Shown: positions 11,549 to 23,774, counted from the stretch's first letter. The stretch is 58,912 nucleotides of DNA from Acidobacteriota bacterium (GCA_041486695.1 JBGPLZ010000001.1:1-58912); one strand, 5' to 3'. The notes: generated from the letters alone by a model not told the origin. Program-made: numbers and translations.

Positions 11549-12657
11549 GGACGTGAGGCGAACAGATCCTTGCGGATCGCGTCGCCGGGATTCAGCGTCC
11601 CCAGCTCTCTCAGAAGTTCCCGGGAGCGCTCGTCGCTGGCCGGTGGTGTCCTGATCCGGACCTCGATGTACGCATCGCCGCGACCTGTGCCGCGCAGGGA
11701 GGTCACGCCCTTGCCGCGCAACCGCAGCTTCTGTCCGTTCTCCGTCCCGGGCGGGATCCGAATCTGAGCTCGACCGTCAATCGTCGGCACGTCGAGTCGG
11801 GTTCCGAGCGCCGCTTCCGTGACGGTGATCGGCACCGCGCAGTGAATATTATCACCGATCCTTTGGAAGAACGGATGCGGTTCGACCTGGGTGACGATGG
11901 TGAGATCGCCGGGGGCGCCGCCGTTACGTCCAGCGTGTCCCTTGCCGGGGACGCGCACTCGCGAGCCGGTGTCGACACCCGCGGGGATGTGGACCCGGAT
12001 CGTCTCGCGAAGGTGCAGGACGCCGTTGCCATGACAGTGACCGCAACCCTCGAATCCGAGAACGCCCTCGCCCTGGCATCTGCGGCAAGCCGACGCAAAG
12101 CGCAGCAGTCCCGAAACGTGACTGATCCGGCCGGTGCCCGCGCAGTCGGGACACGGGCGCCGGGCGCGCGACGGAACCCTTCCCGACCCGTGACAACGGG
12201 GGCAGGATGACTCGGCGTCGATCGTCAGTGACGTGGTGAGACCGCGCAGCGCATCGAAGAAGCCGAGCCTGAGGGGGTGTGTGACGTCGTCGCCCCGGAG
12301 CGGAACGTCCCGCTCCTGACCTTCCGGGCCGCGCCCTCCGAGGATTTCGGAAAAGAGGGACGACATCCCTCCAACCCCCCCGAGGTCGCCCAGGTCGAAT
12401 GCCGTCTCGAAGTGGGGGCCGCCGCCCGGAGCCGTACCCGGCGTCCCCGCGAAGGCGCCCTGGAGATCATAGGCCTTGCGCTTGGCGGGATCGCCGAGCA
12501 TCTCATAGGCCTCGGTGATCTGCTTGAATCGCTCCTCAGCCGGTTTGTCCCCGGGATTCAGATCGGGGTGGTACTTGCGCGCCAGCTTGCGGTATGCCTT
12601 CTTGATATCGATAGGGCGCGCCTTCCTGGGCACGCCGAGAATCTCATAATAGTCCAT
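11545..12657 (-). CDS. dnaJ: Chaperone DnaJ (class A)
   Basis: J-domain with HPD, G/F-rich linker, four CxxCxGxG repeats, C-terminal domain. Confidence 0.95.
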   Translation of the reverse strand: MDYYEILGVPRKARPIDIKKAYRKLARKYHPDLNPGDKPAEERFKQITEAYEMLGDPAKRKAYDLQGAFAGTPGTAPGGGPHFETAFDLGDLGGVGGMSSLFSEILGGRGPEGQERDVPLRGDDVTHPLRLGFFDALRGLTTSLTIDAESSCPRCHGSGRVPSRARRPCPDCAGTGRISHVSGLLRFASACRRCQGEGVLGFEGCGHCHGNGVLHLRETIRVHIPAGVDTGSRVRVPGKGHAGRNGGAPGDLTIVTQVEPHPFFQRIGDNIHCAVPITVTEAALGTRLDVPTIDGRAQIRIPPGTENGQKLRLRGKGVTSLRGTGRGDAYIEVRIRTPPASDERSRELLRELGTLNPGDAIRKDLFASRP

Positions 12658-12714
12658 GGGCCGAATGCCGCCTCCACCCCGGCGAGGAGCCTGTCCACAG
12701 GCCTGAACGGGCTT

Positions 12715-13181
12715 CTAGCTGACGTTGATCTGGATCGGCCGAGTCTGCGCGTCGGGAGACTTTGGAACCAGCACCTCCAGCACCCCCAGGTGGTAGCGGG
12801 CCGTCACCTTGCCGGCGTCGATCGGAGAGGCCAGATGAAACGATCGCGAAAAATGGCCGGAGGAGCGTTCGATCCGCAGATGGTCGGCATCGCGGGCGTC
12901 CTTTTCCATCGGCCTCTGCCCCTCGATGATGAGCATTCCGGGCTCGACGCGAATCTGTAGATCTTCGCGGCGCACCCCGGGAAGCTCGGCCGTCAGGACA
13001 TAGGTCTCCGCGGATTCGCGCAGATCCACCGCCGGCGCCCAGCCCGGCGCCTCCCCCTCGGAGAACTCACCCTTGCGGAGCGCCGACTCGAACAGCCGGT
13101 TGAAGCGCTCCCGCAGCGTCAGAAAATCGTGCAGCGGATCCCACGCCGGCGCTGGCGGCTCGCGGCGTGGCGGACGGGCGC

Positions 13182-13185
<4 letters not shown>
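12715..13185 (-). CDS. Small heat shock protein Hsp20/alpha-crystallin
   Basis: [40 protein letters not shown]. Confidence 0.93.
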
Positions 13186-15119
<1,934 letters not shown>

Positions 15120-15170
15120 CTGTGAGTCTCCTGTTTGAATCAGTTCCTTGAAGTCACTTAGTCAGCGCAC

Positions 15171-15199
15171 AGTATATGATATGAGTGTAATATTGTCAA
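15171..15199 (-). promoter_or_regulatory. Sigma-70 promoter of the dnaK operon
   Basis: TTGACA (15199-15194), 17 nt spacer, TATACT (15176-15171), within a markedly AT-rich intergenic patch. Confidence 0.85.
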
Positions 15200-15200
15200 T
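15180..15200. promoter_or_regulatory. HAIR-like HspR operator overlapping the dnaK promoter
   Basis: TATGAGT-N7-TGTCAAT versus HAIR consensus CTTGAGT-N7-ACTCAAG; same spacing, and hspR is in the operon. Confidence 0.65.
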
Positions 15201-15236
15201 TATATATACAAGATTTATTTTATGCATATAATCATA

Positions 15237-16457
15237 TTAGATCGAGCCTGTATTATCGATTACAAATGGTTTTGACACACCGCCACGAGGAGATGCCGAA
15301 AGCCTGTACCCACCGGTCTTGACCTCGTATAGGAAAGGATCGCCCCATGGGTCCTTGATCGCCTCGGGGTCGAGAAGCCGGGTCGTGACCAGGTAGTGCA
15401 GATCGGAAGGGAACCCTCTGTTGAGCAAGTAATAAACCTGAAGCGCGAAATCGACTCGCTGTAGACGACCACTGGAAATTGAATTGCGAAGGTCCGTGAC
15501 CTCACCGGGCCGCGCCAGCGGATCAACGCAAGCGGTCACGTCGCCGCCCCCGCTCCATGCGGCCGCGCACGGGCGGGCCCTGACCAGGAGACCCCCGCCC
15601 GCCGCCAGAACCAGAAGGAGATACCCGATCCCCAGGAGCAGGGGCGAGACCTCGCGAACGGCCGGAGCCGCCTCAACCGTCTGCGCGGCGCGCGGCGCGA
15701 CGGCGCGAACCTCTTCGATCAACTGGCGCCCGAGAAGTTCGTACAGGATCCGACAGGTTTCGAACTCCCCCTGAGGCGATCGTTCCACGATCTCCTGCAC
15801 CGATCGCTTGCCATCGACCAGCGCGTGGATCTGCCGATCCTGCGCGGACAGAGTCACCCCGCGGGCTGCCTCCTGACCGCCCGCGGACGAGCCCGCCGCT
15901 CCTTCCGGCGCGATCTCGACATTTGCCCGCCGGTAGACGCTCTGGAACGATTTCAACCCCTTCTCGATCATCGGCCACTCGTCGAGGATCCTGGCCCCCT
16001 CCATCAGGATGCTCTCGGCCGACATCGGCACGACGTGCTTCGCGTCGTAGTCCACCCGCTCTTCCTGGCTGAAGTTGTATTCGCCATCGCGCCAGCGGAA
16101 GAGACGGTAGATCATCTGGCTGATCTGGATCGCCAGGGCGTCGCGCAAGCCTTCCGCGTCGATGAATCGGCTATCGACCAGGATGTCGCCCATCCGCTGC
16201 AGAGTGTTCTTCTGGATTCTGAGAGCCTCCTGGAGCTGTGCCTCGGAAATGCGCCCGGTCTTGACGAGCACGGTCCCGAGCCGATCCTCGAGACGGCGAT
16301 GCAACGAGTCGGCGGCGACGACTTGACCGTCGGCAAACGAAACGGTCACGACTTCCTTGTCGCTCTTCAGCGTCAGGACGCCAGTCTTTCTCTGGATTCC
16401 GATCAGCTGAAAAATGTCGGGCAGGCTGAAATCCCGCAGCGTGCCTTTGAGGGCCAT
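15237..16457 (-). CDS. DUF4388 (PatA_N-like) membrane protein with tandem MshEN-like motifs and a C-terminal GspG-like (DPWG) region
   Basis: MALKGTLRDFSLPDIFQLI...KTGVLTL (DUF4388); RLGTVLV..G.I....L..AL..Q motif twice; one TM helix; YYLLNRGFPSDL..L...DPWG.PFLY. Confidence 0.8.
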   Translation of the reverse strand: MALKGTLRDFSLPDIFQLIGIQRKTGVLTLKSDKEVVTVSFADGQVVAADSLHRRLEDRLGTVLVKTGRISEAQLQEALRIQKNTLQRMGDILVDSRFIDAEGLRDALAIQISQMIYRLFRWRDGEYNFSQEERVDYDAKHVVPMSAESILMEGARILDEWPMIEKGLKSFQSVYRRANVEIAPEGAAGSSAGGQEAARGVTLSAQDRQIHALVDGKRSVQEIVERSPQGEFETCRILYELLGRQLIEEVRAVAPRAAQTVEAAPAVREVSPLLLGIGYLLLVLAAGGGLLVRARPCAAAWSGGGDVTACVDPLARPGEVTDLRNSISSGRLQRVDFALQVYYLLNRGFPSDLHYLVTTRLLDPEAIKDPWGDPFLYEVKTGGYRLSASPRGGVSKPFVIDNTGSI

Positions 16458-16464
16458 GGTCCCG

Positions 16465-18456
16465 TCAGTCTCCCCTGGCTTCGTGCGACACGAGGTTGCC
16501 CGTCAGCCAGGCCACGAAGGCCAGGAGGAGAAGCGGCAGAAGGGCTTCTGGACTGGAAGCCGACGACAAGGACTCGGGGGTCACCATCAGGCGACCGCGC
16601 AGGGCGAGCCCGACCCAGGCGGTGCTCCAGCCTGCCAGCAAGGCGGTCCCCAGCAGCACCCGCCCCCCCAGGATATGGCCGCTCCCCGGCAAGGCGAGGC
16701 TCAGAAGCCGGGCGCCGACGAAGATCCGTCGGCGGTACCGCATCACCTCGTCCATCTTCTTGCTCTTCACACCGGGAGCGAGACCGTCCCGAAGGATGAA
16801 GAGATGCATGCACTGGGAGCAGACGTCGGGATGCTTGATCGTGACCTGGCAGCGCCGGCAGTAGGGGCGCCCGCACCTGCGGCACCGGCGGGCAGCGCCC
16901 TGACGCGGGGCGATGCCCAGACCCGGAAGGAAGAGTGCGAGGATCAGGCCCGCGACTCCGGCGACGGTCGCCGGCGCGGTCAGCGCGCTTCTCACCTCTC
17001 GCCGCACGCCCCCTTCGAGGCGAAGGCGCAAGGCCCGCGCCCAGATTTCGCCGGGAGTGTAGGCGGTATCGCGGGGGGATCTCCTCCCATCTCCTGCCGC
17101 CGCCTCCGCGATCAGTTCCGTGACCAGGCCGTCGTCGAGGCGGCGCGCCTCGCGCAACTCCTGATCGGCCGCCTCGAGATGAAACGCCTCGAGGTGGGCG
17201 AGGTGGCTGTCGTAGTGGGCCAGGGCAAGCTTCGGATCCGCCTCCGCCGCCTTGCGGTAAAAGGTCTGGCCGAGGGCGAGCTCCTGCCGCAACGCGAGCA
17301 GATTGCCCAAGTTCACCATGGCGCGCGCCTGTCGCGGGTCATCTTCGATGGCCCGGCGGTAATAGGCGATCGCCTCGTCGAACCGGCCACCGGTGCGATA
17401 GGCCGACGCGAGCAGGAAAGGGAAGATCGCTTCCCCGGGATGTTCCTGAACCAGCCGCTTCAAGACCTCCTCGTGTTGCAGATCGGGCCCCTGGCGGACC
17501 GATTGGATGAGCGCGCGGGCGGCCGGGTCCGCCGCGGTCCCGTAGTGCCAGCCCAGAAGATGGGCCACCGGCCCGGTCGCACAGACCAGAAGAAGAAGGG
17601 TCAGGGCGGCCACTTTCTCGCTGCCTCGGAAGTAGGCCGCCAGCAGGGCGGTCCAGAGCGCGACGGCCCAGACAACCGGCAGCAGGATGACGATCGGCAA
17701 GGCGAGAATCCCCCACCCCAGAAGCCGGGCGGTCTCCTCCGTAAGTCTCCCGGCGGACCGCTCCTGGAGATCGTGACAGAAGGCGGGGGCATTCCTGAGG
17801 GCGAGAAGCGTAAACCCGACGGCCGCTCCGGTCAGCAGCCCGAGGAAGAGCACCAGGAGAGCGTTGCCGGCGAGGTTATAGATCGATTCGGGATCGCTGC
17901 CGGAGGCGCGGATCCCCGCCCACCACTCGCCGAGGGCGCCGGGAACATCGCGGTCGCCTCGCAGCAGCGCGGACGCGAGGCCGAGATGGGGTTCAGGAAG
18001 CTGCGGGGCGAAGCGGGCCGCAAGAACGTGGAGCTCTCGCGCCCGTCGATAATCTCCCTCTACGTAGCGGCGGCGCGCCTCGGCCATGAGAGCCGCGGCG
18101 ATCTCCGGTGACGCGCGCAGCCCCTCTCTTTTCATGAAGGCGAGCGCCGTCGCGATCTGGCGACCCGCCTGATCGGCATCGCCGTGCTCCGCGAGCACGC
18201 GATAGCGGAACCAGAGCCCTGCGAGCACTTCGTGCGCGTTGACCCCCTGGGCTGGGAGGGGCACGACCTCGGGCGCGTCGCTGCCCGAAAGAGGCGTCGT
18301 CGCCCCTCCGGGCATGGGCGCCACTGTTCCCGGCTCCTGGATCAACGGGTGGTTCGGATCGAGAACGATGACCTCGGAGTCCTGGGCCGCGACCGGTCGG
18401 GCCAGACCTAGGCCGGCGACGAGGACTAGGAGGAGGCCTGAGGTCGTTCGCGTCAT
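16465..18456 (-). CDS. Multi-pass membrane TPR protein with a Cys-rich Zn-finger-like motif
   Basis: Signal peptide, TPR-like repeats (e.g. FDEAIAYYRRAIEDDP, AMVNLGNL), several TM segments, CRRCGRPYCRRC...CSQCMH. Confidence 0.8.
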   Translation of the reverse strand: MTRTTSGLLLVLVAGLGLARPVAAQDSEVIVLDPNHPLIQEPGTVAPMPGGATTPLSGSDAPEVVPLPAQGVNAHEVLAGLWFRYRVLAEHGDADQAGRQIATALAFMKREGLRASPEIAAALMAEARRRYVEGDYRRARELHVLAARFAPQLPEPHLGLASALLRGDRDVPGALGEWWAGIRASGSDPESIYNLAGNALLVLFLGLLTGAAVGFTLLALRNAPAFCHDLQERSAGRLTEETARLLGWGILALPIVILLPVVWAVALWTALLAAYFRGSEKVAALTLLLLVCATGPVAHLLGWHYGTAADPAARALIQSVRQGPDLQHEEVLKRLVQEHPGEAIFPFLLASAYRTGGRFDEAIAYYRRAIEDDPRQARAMVNLGNLLALRQELALGQTFYRKAAEADPKLALAHYDSHLAHLEAFHLEAADQELREARRLDDGLVTELIAEAAAGDGRRSPRDTAYTPGEIWARALRLRLEGGVRREVRSALTAPATVAGVAGLILALFLPGLGIAPRQGAARRCRRCGRPYCRRCQVTIKHPDVCSQCMHLFILRDGLAPGVKSKKMDEVMRYRRRIFVGARLLSLALPGSGHILGGRVLLGTALLAGWSTAWVGLALRGRLMVTPESLSSASSPEALLPLLLLAFVAWLTGNLVSHEARGD

Positions 18457-18495
18457 CGGCCGAGGCTCAAGGCTCCGCGATCAGGGCAGCCGGGA

Positions 18496-18969
18496 TCACT
18501 GAGGTTTCGTGGCCCGCGTCTGCAGGGCGACGAACTTCATCTGCAGATCGTAAAGGAGGGAATCGAGCAATCGCTCCTCGTCGGCGGTCAGGTTGCCCCG
18601 GGTCTTGCTTTGCAGGGCCTGGAGAAGATCGATCACCTGACGCGCCCCTTCGAGATCGATTTCGGTGCGCTGGGTGAACGGGTTCGGGATCTCTCCGAGA
18701 TTGGCGGCCGCGGTCGTCGCCAGGTTCATGACCAGATTCCTGAAATGCGCCGACGCGAGCCGATCGTCACCCGGACCGCTGGCGGGCTGCTTTGTCGTCT
18801 CGCGCTGACCGGGACGCGCGGCCTCCGGACGCAACTCGGGAGGCGCCACGGGAACCGGGGGCTCCTCGGGGCGCGATGGGTCGCGCAACTCGCCATCGGC
18901 ATTGAACAGGCGCCGATCGACGACCCGAATCACGTCGTGGTTCTTGGGAGGCTCTTTGCTCTCGGTCAT
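18496..18969 (-). CDS. DUF1844 domain protein
   Basis: IRVVDRRLF N-terminus and LGEIPNP...DLEGARQVIDLL..L..KTRGNLTADE.RLL..LLYDLQMKFV, typical of DUF1844. Confidence 0.85.
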   Translation of the reverse strand: MTESKEPPKNHDVIRVVDRRLFNADGELRDPSRPEEPPVPVAPPELRPEAARPGQRETTKQPASGPGDDRLASAHFRNLVMNLATTAAANLGEIPNPFTQRTEIDLEGARQVIDLLQALQSKTRGNLTADEERLLDSLLYDLQMKFVALQTRATKPQ

Positions 18970-19102
18970 GAGGAGCGGGTCCCCGAATCGATTCGGTGAG
19001 TCAGCGCGCGCAGAATAGCATCATGCTCGCCACATATTCAAGACGGGCGCGTTGCCGGACCGTCCGGCATCGACTAAGATCCGGCGCCGTGCGGAGGGCC
19101 CC

Positions 19103-19981
19103 ATGTCGGAGATGGATCGGCTGCGTCAGATCATGGCCCGCTTGCGAGGACCGGAGGGCTGCCCCTGGGACCGGGAGCAGACTCTCGCGTCACTGGCCAC
19201 CTTCGTCATCGAGGAAGCCCACGAGGTCGCTGAAGCGATCGCCACGGGATCGCCCGCCGATCTCAAGGAAGAGCTGGGCGATCTACTGTTTCAAATCATC
19301 TTCCAGGCTCGTGTGGCGGAGGAATCCGGCGACTTCGACCTCGATGCCGTGATGCGCGCGATCGGCGACAAGATCGTACGGAGGCATCCGCACGTATTCG
19401 GCGACGGCCGCCTCTCCACCGCCGACCAGGTTCTGGAACAATGGGAGCAGATCAAGGTGGAGGAGCGCCGCCATCACCGCGACGCGTCGATGTTTGCCTC
19501 GGTGCCCCGCGCGCTTCCCGCGCTCCTCAAGGCTTTGCGCATCTCCTCCAAGGCAGCGCGGGTCGGCTTTGACTGGGCCGACACCGACGGGGTTCTCGAG
19601 AAGGTCGGCGAGGAGATCGAGGAGCTGCGGACTGCTCTTCGGCGACGGCGCCGCGCCGAGATCGAGGAGGAGGTGGGAGACCTCCTGTTCACCGTCGCGA
19701 ACGTGGCGCGGCACGCGGGGATCGATCCCGAGCTGGCCCTCCAGGGAGCCAACCGGAAGTTCATGGATCGCTTTCGGTACGTCGAGGAGCGGCTTCGAGA
19801 GGAAGGGCGGAAGCCGGCGCCCGAGCATCGCGATCGGATGGAGCGGCACTGGGCGGGAGCGAAAGCCGCTCTCAAAAAAATTTCGCCTGGCCGAACTTCC
19901 CCATCCGGCGGAACTTCTGATAGCGCGCCTCGACGCGCTCGGCGGGCGGGATCGCGCGGAGTCCGCGGAGCTGGTTCATGA
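19103..19981 (+). CDS. mazG: Nucleoside triphosphate pyrophosphohydrolase MazG
   Basis: LRGPEGCPWDREQT, EELGDLLFQ, RRHPHVF, VGFDW, EVGDLLF; start re-called at ATG 19103 (GGAGG SD). Confidence 0.95.
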   Translation: MSEMDRLRQIMARLRGPEGCPWDREQTLASLATFVIEEAHEVAEAIATGSPADLKEELGDLLFQIIFQARVAEESGDFDLDAVMRAIGDKIVRRHPHVFGDGRLSTADQVLEQWEQIKVEERRHHRDASMFASVPRALPALLKALRISSKAARVGFDWADTDGVLEKVGEEIEELRTALRRRRRAEIEEEVGDLLFTVANVARHAGIDPELALQGANRKFMDRFRYVEERLREEGRKPAPEHRDRMERHWAGAKAALKKISPGRTSPSGGTSDSAPRRARRAGSRGVRGAGS

Positions 19982-20834
19982 GGTATTCGTCCAGGATTGC
20001 AGCTTGCCGTCCGGGATCGGCCTGAGCCCCTCCGGGAGGCTCCGGCACGATCTCATCGATGACTTCGGCCTCCTTCAAGTCGGAAGCGGTGATGCGCATG
20101 GCGCGCGCCGCCTCCTTGGCCTTCGCCTGATCGGACCAGAGGATCGCGGCGCAGCCCTCGGGGCTGATCACCGAGTAGACGGCGTGCTCGAGCATCAGGA
20201 TCCGGTCGCCCACCGCGATCGCCAGGGCACCCCCGCTGCCTCCTTCACCCGCAACGGTCACGATGATCGGCACCGAGAGCCGCGCCATCGTGCGCAGGCT
20301 CACGGCGATCGCCTCGGCCTGACCGCGCTCTTCGGCTCCCTTTCCCGGATACGCTCCCGGCGTATCGACGAAGGTGAAAATCGGCCGCTGGAACTTGTCC
20401 GCCAGCTCCATCACTCTCATCGCCTTCCGGTATCCTTCCGGCCTGGGCATGCCGAAGTTGCGGTGGACCTTCTCCTTCGTGTCGCGCCCCTTCTGGTGAC
20501 CGATCACTGCCACCGGGGTGCCTTTGAAGGAGGCGAACCCGGCGACGATGGCCGGATCGTCCGCATACTTTCGGTCGCCATGGATCTCGACGAAGTCGGA
20601 AAACATCAGGCCGATGTAGTCGAGCGTATAGGGACGCTTGGGATGCCGGGCCACGAGCGCTCGCTGCCACGGAGTGAGCCGCCCGTAGATCTCGGTGCGC
20701 ATCGTGTCGAGGCGGCGCTGCAGCCGCGCGATCTCGTCGGAGCGATCCTCGCCCCCCGGAATGCCGGAGAGCTCTTCGATCTTTTTCCCGACATCGCGCA
20801 GCGGCCGCTCGAAGTCGTCCTCGTCAACGGCCAT
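19872..20834 (-). CDS. accA: Acetyl-CoA carboxylase carboxyltransferase alpha subunit
   Basis: ARHPKRPYTLDY, HGDR, NFGMPRPEGYRKA, DTPGAYPG, GEGGSGGA, VISPEGCAAILW; start re-called at ATG 20834. Confidence 0.97.
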   Translation of the reverse strand: MAVDEDDFERPLRDVGKKIEELSGIPGGEDRSDEIARLQRRLDTMRTEIYGRLTPWQRALVARHPKRPYTLDYIGLMFSDFVEIHGDRKYADDPAIVAGFASFKGTPVAVIGHQKGRDTKEKVHRNFGMPRPEGYRKAMRVMELADKFQRPIFTFVDTPGAYPGKGAEERGQAEAIAVSLRTMARLSVPIIVTVAGEGGSGGALAIAVGDRILMLEHAVYSVISPEGCAAILWSDQAKAKEAARAMRITASDLKEAEVIDEIVPEPPGGAQADPGRQAAILDEYLMNQLRGLRAIPPAERVEARYQKFRRMGKFGQAKFF

Positions 20835-20841
20835 GGGTCGT

Positions 20842-20870
20842 ATTCGAACACACGCTCCGGTGGGTGTCAA
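20842..20870 (-). promoter_or_regulatory. Putative sigma-70 promoter giving a leaderless accA mRNA
   Basis: TTGACA, 17 nt, TGn-TCGAAT, ending 7 nt before the ATG; no SD visible. Confidence 0.45.
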
Positions 20871-20881
20871 GCAACCGGGCT

Positions 20882-21772
20882 TCAGGCGCGGGGGTGGAAG
20901 TCCTTGTAGATCTTCCGCAGGCGCTCGCGGTTGATGTGGGTATAGATCTGGGTGGTGGAGATGTCGGCGTGGCCGAGCATCATCTGCACCGAGCGCAGGT
21001 CGGCTCCCCGCTCCAGCAGATGGGTTGCGAAAGAATGACGCAATACGTGCGGGCTCAGGCCGCCGCGCAGCCCGGCCGCGCGTCCATACTTCTTGAGAAT
21101 CTTCCAGAACCCCTGCCGGCTCATCGGGCCGCCCCGGCTGTTGAGGAACAGAGCCGTCGCGCCCGTTCCCTTGACCAGCCGCGGGCGGGCGCCCTCGAGG
21201 TAGGCGCGCACCTGCTGCGACGCCTTGCGTCCCATCGGCACCAGCCTCTCCTTGCGCCCCTTGCCAACGCAGGTCAGGTAGCCGACCTCATGGTTGAGAT
21301 CACGAAGGCTGAGGGACACCAGCTCCGACACACGCAGGCCGGTGGCATAGAGCAGCTCGACCATGGCCGTGTCCCGCAGGCCCAGCGTCTGGTTCGGATC
21401 GGGAGCGGCGAGAAGGTGATCGACCTCTTCGAGCGTCAAGAATCGCGGCAGGGCCTTCCATGTCCGCGGCGCGCGCACGGCCGCGGTCGGGTCTTCATCG
21501 ACGAGCTTCTCGTGCACGAGATAACGGTAGAACATGCGGACCGCGTTCAGGGCCCTCGCGATCGACTTCGGGGCCAGTCCTTCGCGGGCGAGGCGGCGCG
21601 CGAACTCGTCGATCTCACCTCGCCGCACCTGACGTGCCAGGCGGCTCTTCTCGCACAGGTAGCGGCTGAACTTCGCGAGGTCACTTCCGTAAGCGAGCAC
21701 GCTGTTCCGGGCCAGGCCCCGCTCGACCGTCAAGTGATGAAGGAAGTCTTCGACCAGCGATGCGGTCTTCAC
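20882..21772 (-). CDS. xerD: Site-specific tyrosine recombinase XerD
   Basis: VERGLARNS..AY..DL, ELLYATGLRVSEL, GKGRKERLVP, SRQGFWK, SPHVLRHSFATHLL, LGHADISTTQIYTH, HPRA terminus. Confidence 0.95.
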   Translation of the reverse strand: MKTASLVEDFLHHLTVERGLARNSVLAYGSDLAKFSRYLCEKSRLARQVRRGEIDEFARRLAREGLAPKSIARALNAVRMFYRYLVHEKLVDEDPTAAVRAPRTWKALPRFLTLEEVDHLLAAPDPNQTLGLRDTAMVELLYATGLRVSELVSLSLRDLNHEVGYLTCVGKGRKERLVPMGRKASQQVRAYLEGARPRLVKGTGATALFLNSRGGPMSRQGFWKILKKYGRAAGLRGGLSPHVLRHSFATHLLERGADLRSVQMMLGHADISTTQIYTHINRERLRKIYKDFHPRA

Positions 21773-22215
21773 CGCCCGGGCCCTTCGAGGATGATGGTGA
21801 CCGGGCCGTCGTTGACCAGTTCGACCTCCATGAACTCCCGGAACCGTCTCGTGCTGATCCGGAGCGGGCTCGCCTGCAGGCGCTCCACGAATCGCCGGTA
21901 GATCGGCTCGGCCTCTTCGGGCGGGGCGGCGCGCTCGAAACCCGGACGACGGCCGCGGCTCAGGTCTCCGAGCAGCGTAAACTGAGAGACGACGAGGATC
22001 TCGGCGCCGATGTCGAGGGCGGAGAGGTTCATTTTCCCTGCGCTGTCTTCGAAGATGCGCATTTGTAGCACCTTGTCGGAGACCCAGTCAAGATCGGCGT
22101 CGTCATCCCCCTTCGCCACGCCGAGCAGCACCAGAAGTCCCCGCGCGATCAGCCCCACGATCTCGCCTGCGATCCGGACCTCGGCCCGCGAGACGCGCTG
22201 CACGACGGCTCTCAC
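21769..22215 (-). CDS. dtd: D-aminoacyl-tRNA deacylase
   Basis: The real gene is the last 148 aa of the 744-aa ORF: GTG 22215 MRAVVQRV..., SQFTL, NDGPVT; GTGA overlap with the murJ stop. Confidence 0.95.
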   Translation of the reverse strand: MRAVVQRVSRAEVRIAGEIVGLIARGLLVLLGVAKGDDDADLDWVSDKVLQMRIFEDSAGKMNLSALDIGAEILVVSQFTLLGDLSRGRRPGFERAAPPEEAEPIYRRFVERLQASPLRISTRRFREFMEVELVNDGPVTIILEGPGR

Positions 22216-23774
22216 GATCTCCTCACCAGAAATGAACGGAGCAGCCGCACCTCCTCGCTGCCGAGAAGCGCGGCCACGAGCAGGTAGAGCCCGCCGCCTC
22301 CGGCAATCACGATGCCGAGAACGGTCGCCTTGAGCGCGATGCCGTGCAAGGCCACGATGTCGAGCCGGTGGAGACAGAACGCCAGCGCGGCCCCCATGGC
22401 GCCCGACGCCAGGAGCGTCCGCCCGGCGCTGAGCGCGACGCCGCGGTCGAAGTAATCCCCGGCCCTGGCGCGCAGCAGCCAGGCCAGAAGGAAAGAGTCG
22501 GCCAGCGCCGACAGCGACGTGGACAAGGCGATGCCGTCGTGTCCCATGGGACCCCGCAGCGCGAAGTTCAGTCCGAGATGCAAGAAGAACGTCAGCGCCC
22601 CGACCTTGACCGGCGTGCGGGTGTCGCGGTGGGCGTAGAACGCCGTGGCCTGGACGTTCACGGCGGCGTAGGGCAGCAACCCGATGGCGTAGTACCCCAG
22701 GGCGCTGGCGGTGAAGATCGTGTCCTGCGCAGTGAAGCGGCCGTGCTCGAACAGCACGTGGATGATCGGAACCCGCAACACGATGAGACCGACCGTTGCG
22801 GGGATCGTGATGAAGATGAGCAGTCGCATCGCGGTGGCCAGGGTCTCGACCACGAGGGCGCGATCGCGCTCGGCGGCGGCCCGCGACAGCGAGGGCAGAA
22901 TCACGGTCGCCAGGCTGATGCCGAAGATCCCCAGCGTCAACTCGGTCACGCGCGTGGCGTAGTACAGAAAGGAGACGCTGCCCGCCCGAAGCGAGGTGGC
23001 GAAATTCGAATCGACGACGAGATTGATCTGCGTGATTCCCGCCCCGAAGACACGCGGCAGGATCAGCCGGCCCACCTGCCGCAGTCCGGCGCGGTCGAAC
23101 GGCCTCGGAGGCCGCAGATCGAGCCCGTGCCGTAGCAGCGCCGGGACCTGCACCAGGATCTGCAGGGCTCCCCCGATGAGCACTCCGATGGCAAAGGCGT
23201 AGGAGGGGTCGCTGAACCAGCGTCGCATCAGCAGAGCCGAGCCGATGATCGCCAGGTTCAGCAGGACCGGGGTGAAGGCGGGCAGGGCGAAGACGTCGAA
23301 AGCGTTCAGGATCCCCGACGCCAGTGCGGCCAGCGAGATGAAGAAGATATACGGGAACATCAGTCGATTCAGGGCGATGGTCAGGTCGAGCTTCTGCGGC
23401 GAGACGGCGAAGCCCCAGGCCAGGATCTTGACCAGGAAGGGAGAAAAGACGATGCCCAGCGTCACCAGCGCGGCCAGGACCATGGTCAGAGCGTAGAGGA
23501 CCGAGCCGGCGAAACGCCACAGCGCCTCTCGATCCTCTGCTTTCATGTACCGCGCGAAGGTCGGCACGAACGCGGACGTGAGCGCCCCCTCGCCCACCAG
23601 TCTGCGCAGCATGTTCGGGATCCGGTAGGCGATGACGAAAGCGTCCGAAGAATTGGCCGCCCCGAGAATCACCGCCTGCAGGCTGTCGCGGAAGTAACCG
23701 GTAATACGGCTGAGCGCCGTGACGGCGCTGATCGACCCCGCCGCGCGGACGAGACCGCGCTGTTTTTCGATCAC
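22212..23774 (-). CDS. murJ: Lipid II flippase MurJ (MviN)
   Basis: [30 protein letters not shown], many TM helices, [11 protein letters not shown]; probable GTG start 23774. Confidence 0.95.
   Translation of the reverse strand: MIEKQRGLVRAAGSISAVTALSRITGYFRDSLQAVILGAANSSDAFVIAYRIPNMLRRLVGEGALTSAFVPTFARYMKAEDREALWRFAGSVLYALTMVLAALVTLGIVFSPFLVKILAWGFAVSPQKLDLTIALNRLMFPYIFFISLAALASGILNAFDVFALPAFTPVLLNLAIIGSALLMRRWFSDPSYAFAIGVLIGGALQILVQVPALLRHGLDLRPPRPFDRAGLRQVGRLILPRVFGAGITQINLVVDSNFATSLRAGSVSFLYYATRVTELTLGIFGISLATVILPSLSRAAAERDRALVVETLATAMRLLIFITIPATVGLIVLRVPIIHVLFEHGRFTAQDTIFTASALGYYAIGLLPYAAVNVQATAFYAHRDTRTPVKVGALTFFLHLGLNFALRGPMGHDGIALSTSLSALADSFLLAWLLRARAGDYFDRGVALSAGRTLLASGAMGAALAFCLHRLDIVALHGIALKATVLGIVIAGGGGLYLLVAALLGSEEVRLLRSFLVRRS

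Noticed and set aside
15120-15270. AT-rich patch as foreign DNA or replication origin
   Set aside because: It is short and explained by the dnaK promoter and operator; no DnaA-box cluster or iterons seen.
20882-21772. Tyrosine recombinase as a phage or island integrase
   Set aside because: It has the XerD-specific SRQGFWK and HPRA motifs and is translationally coupled to dtd-murJ.
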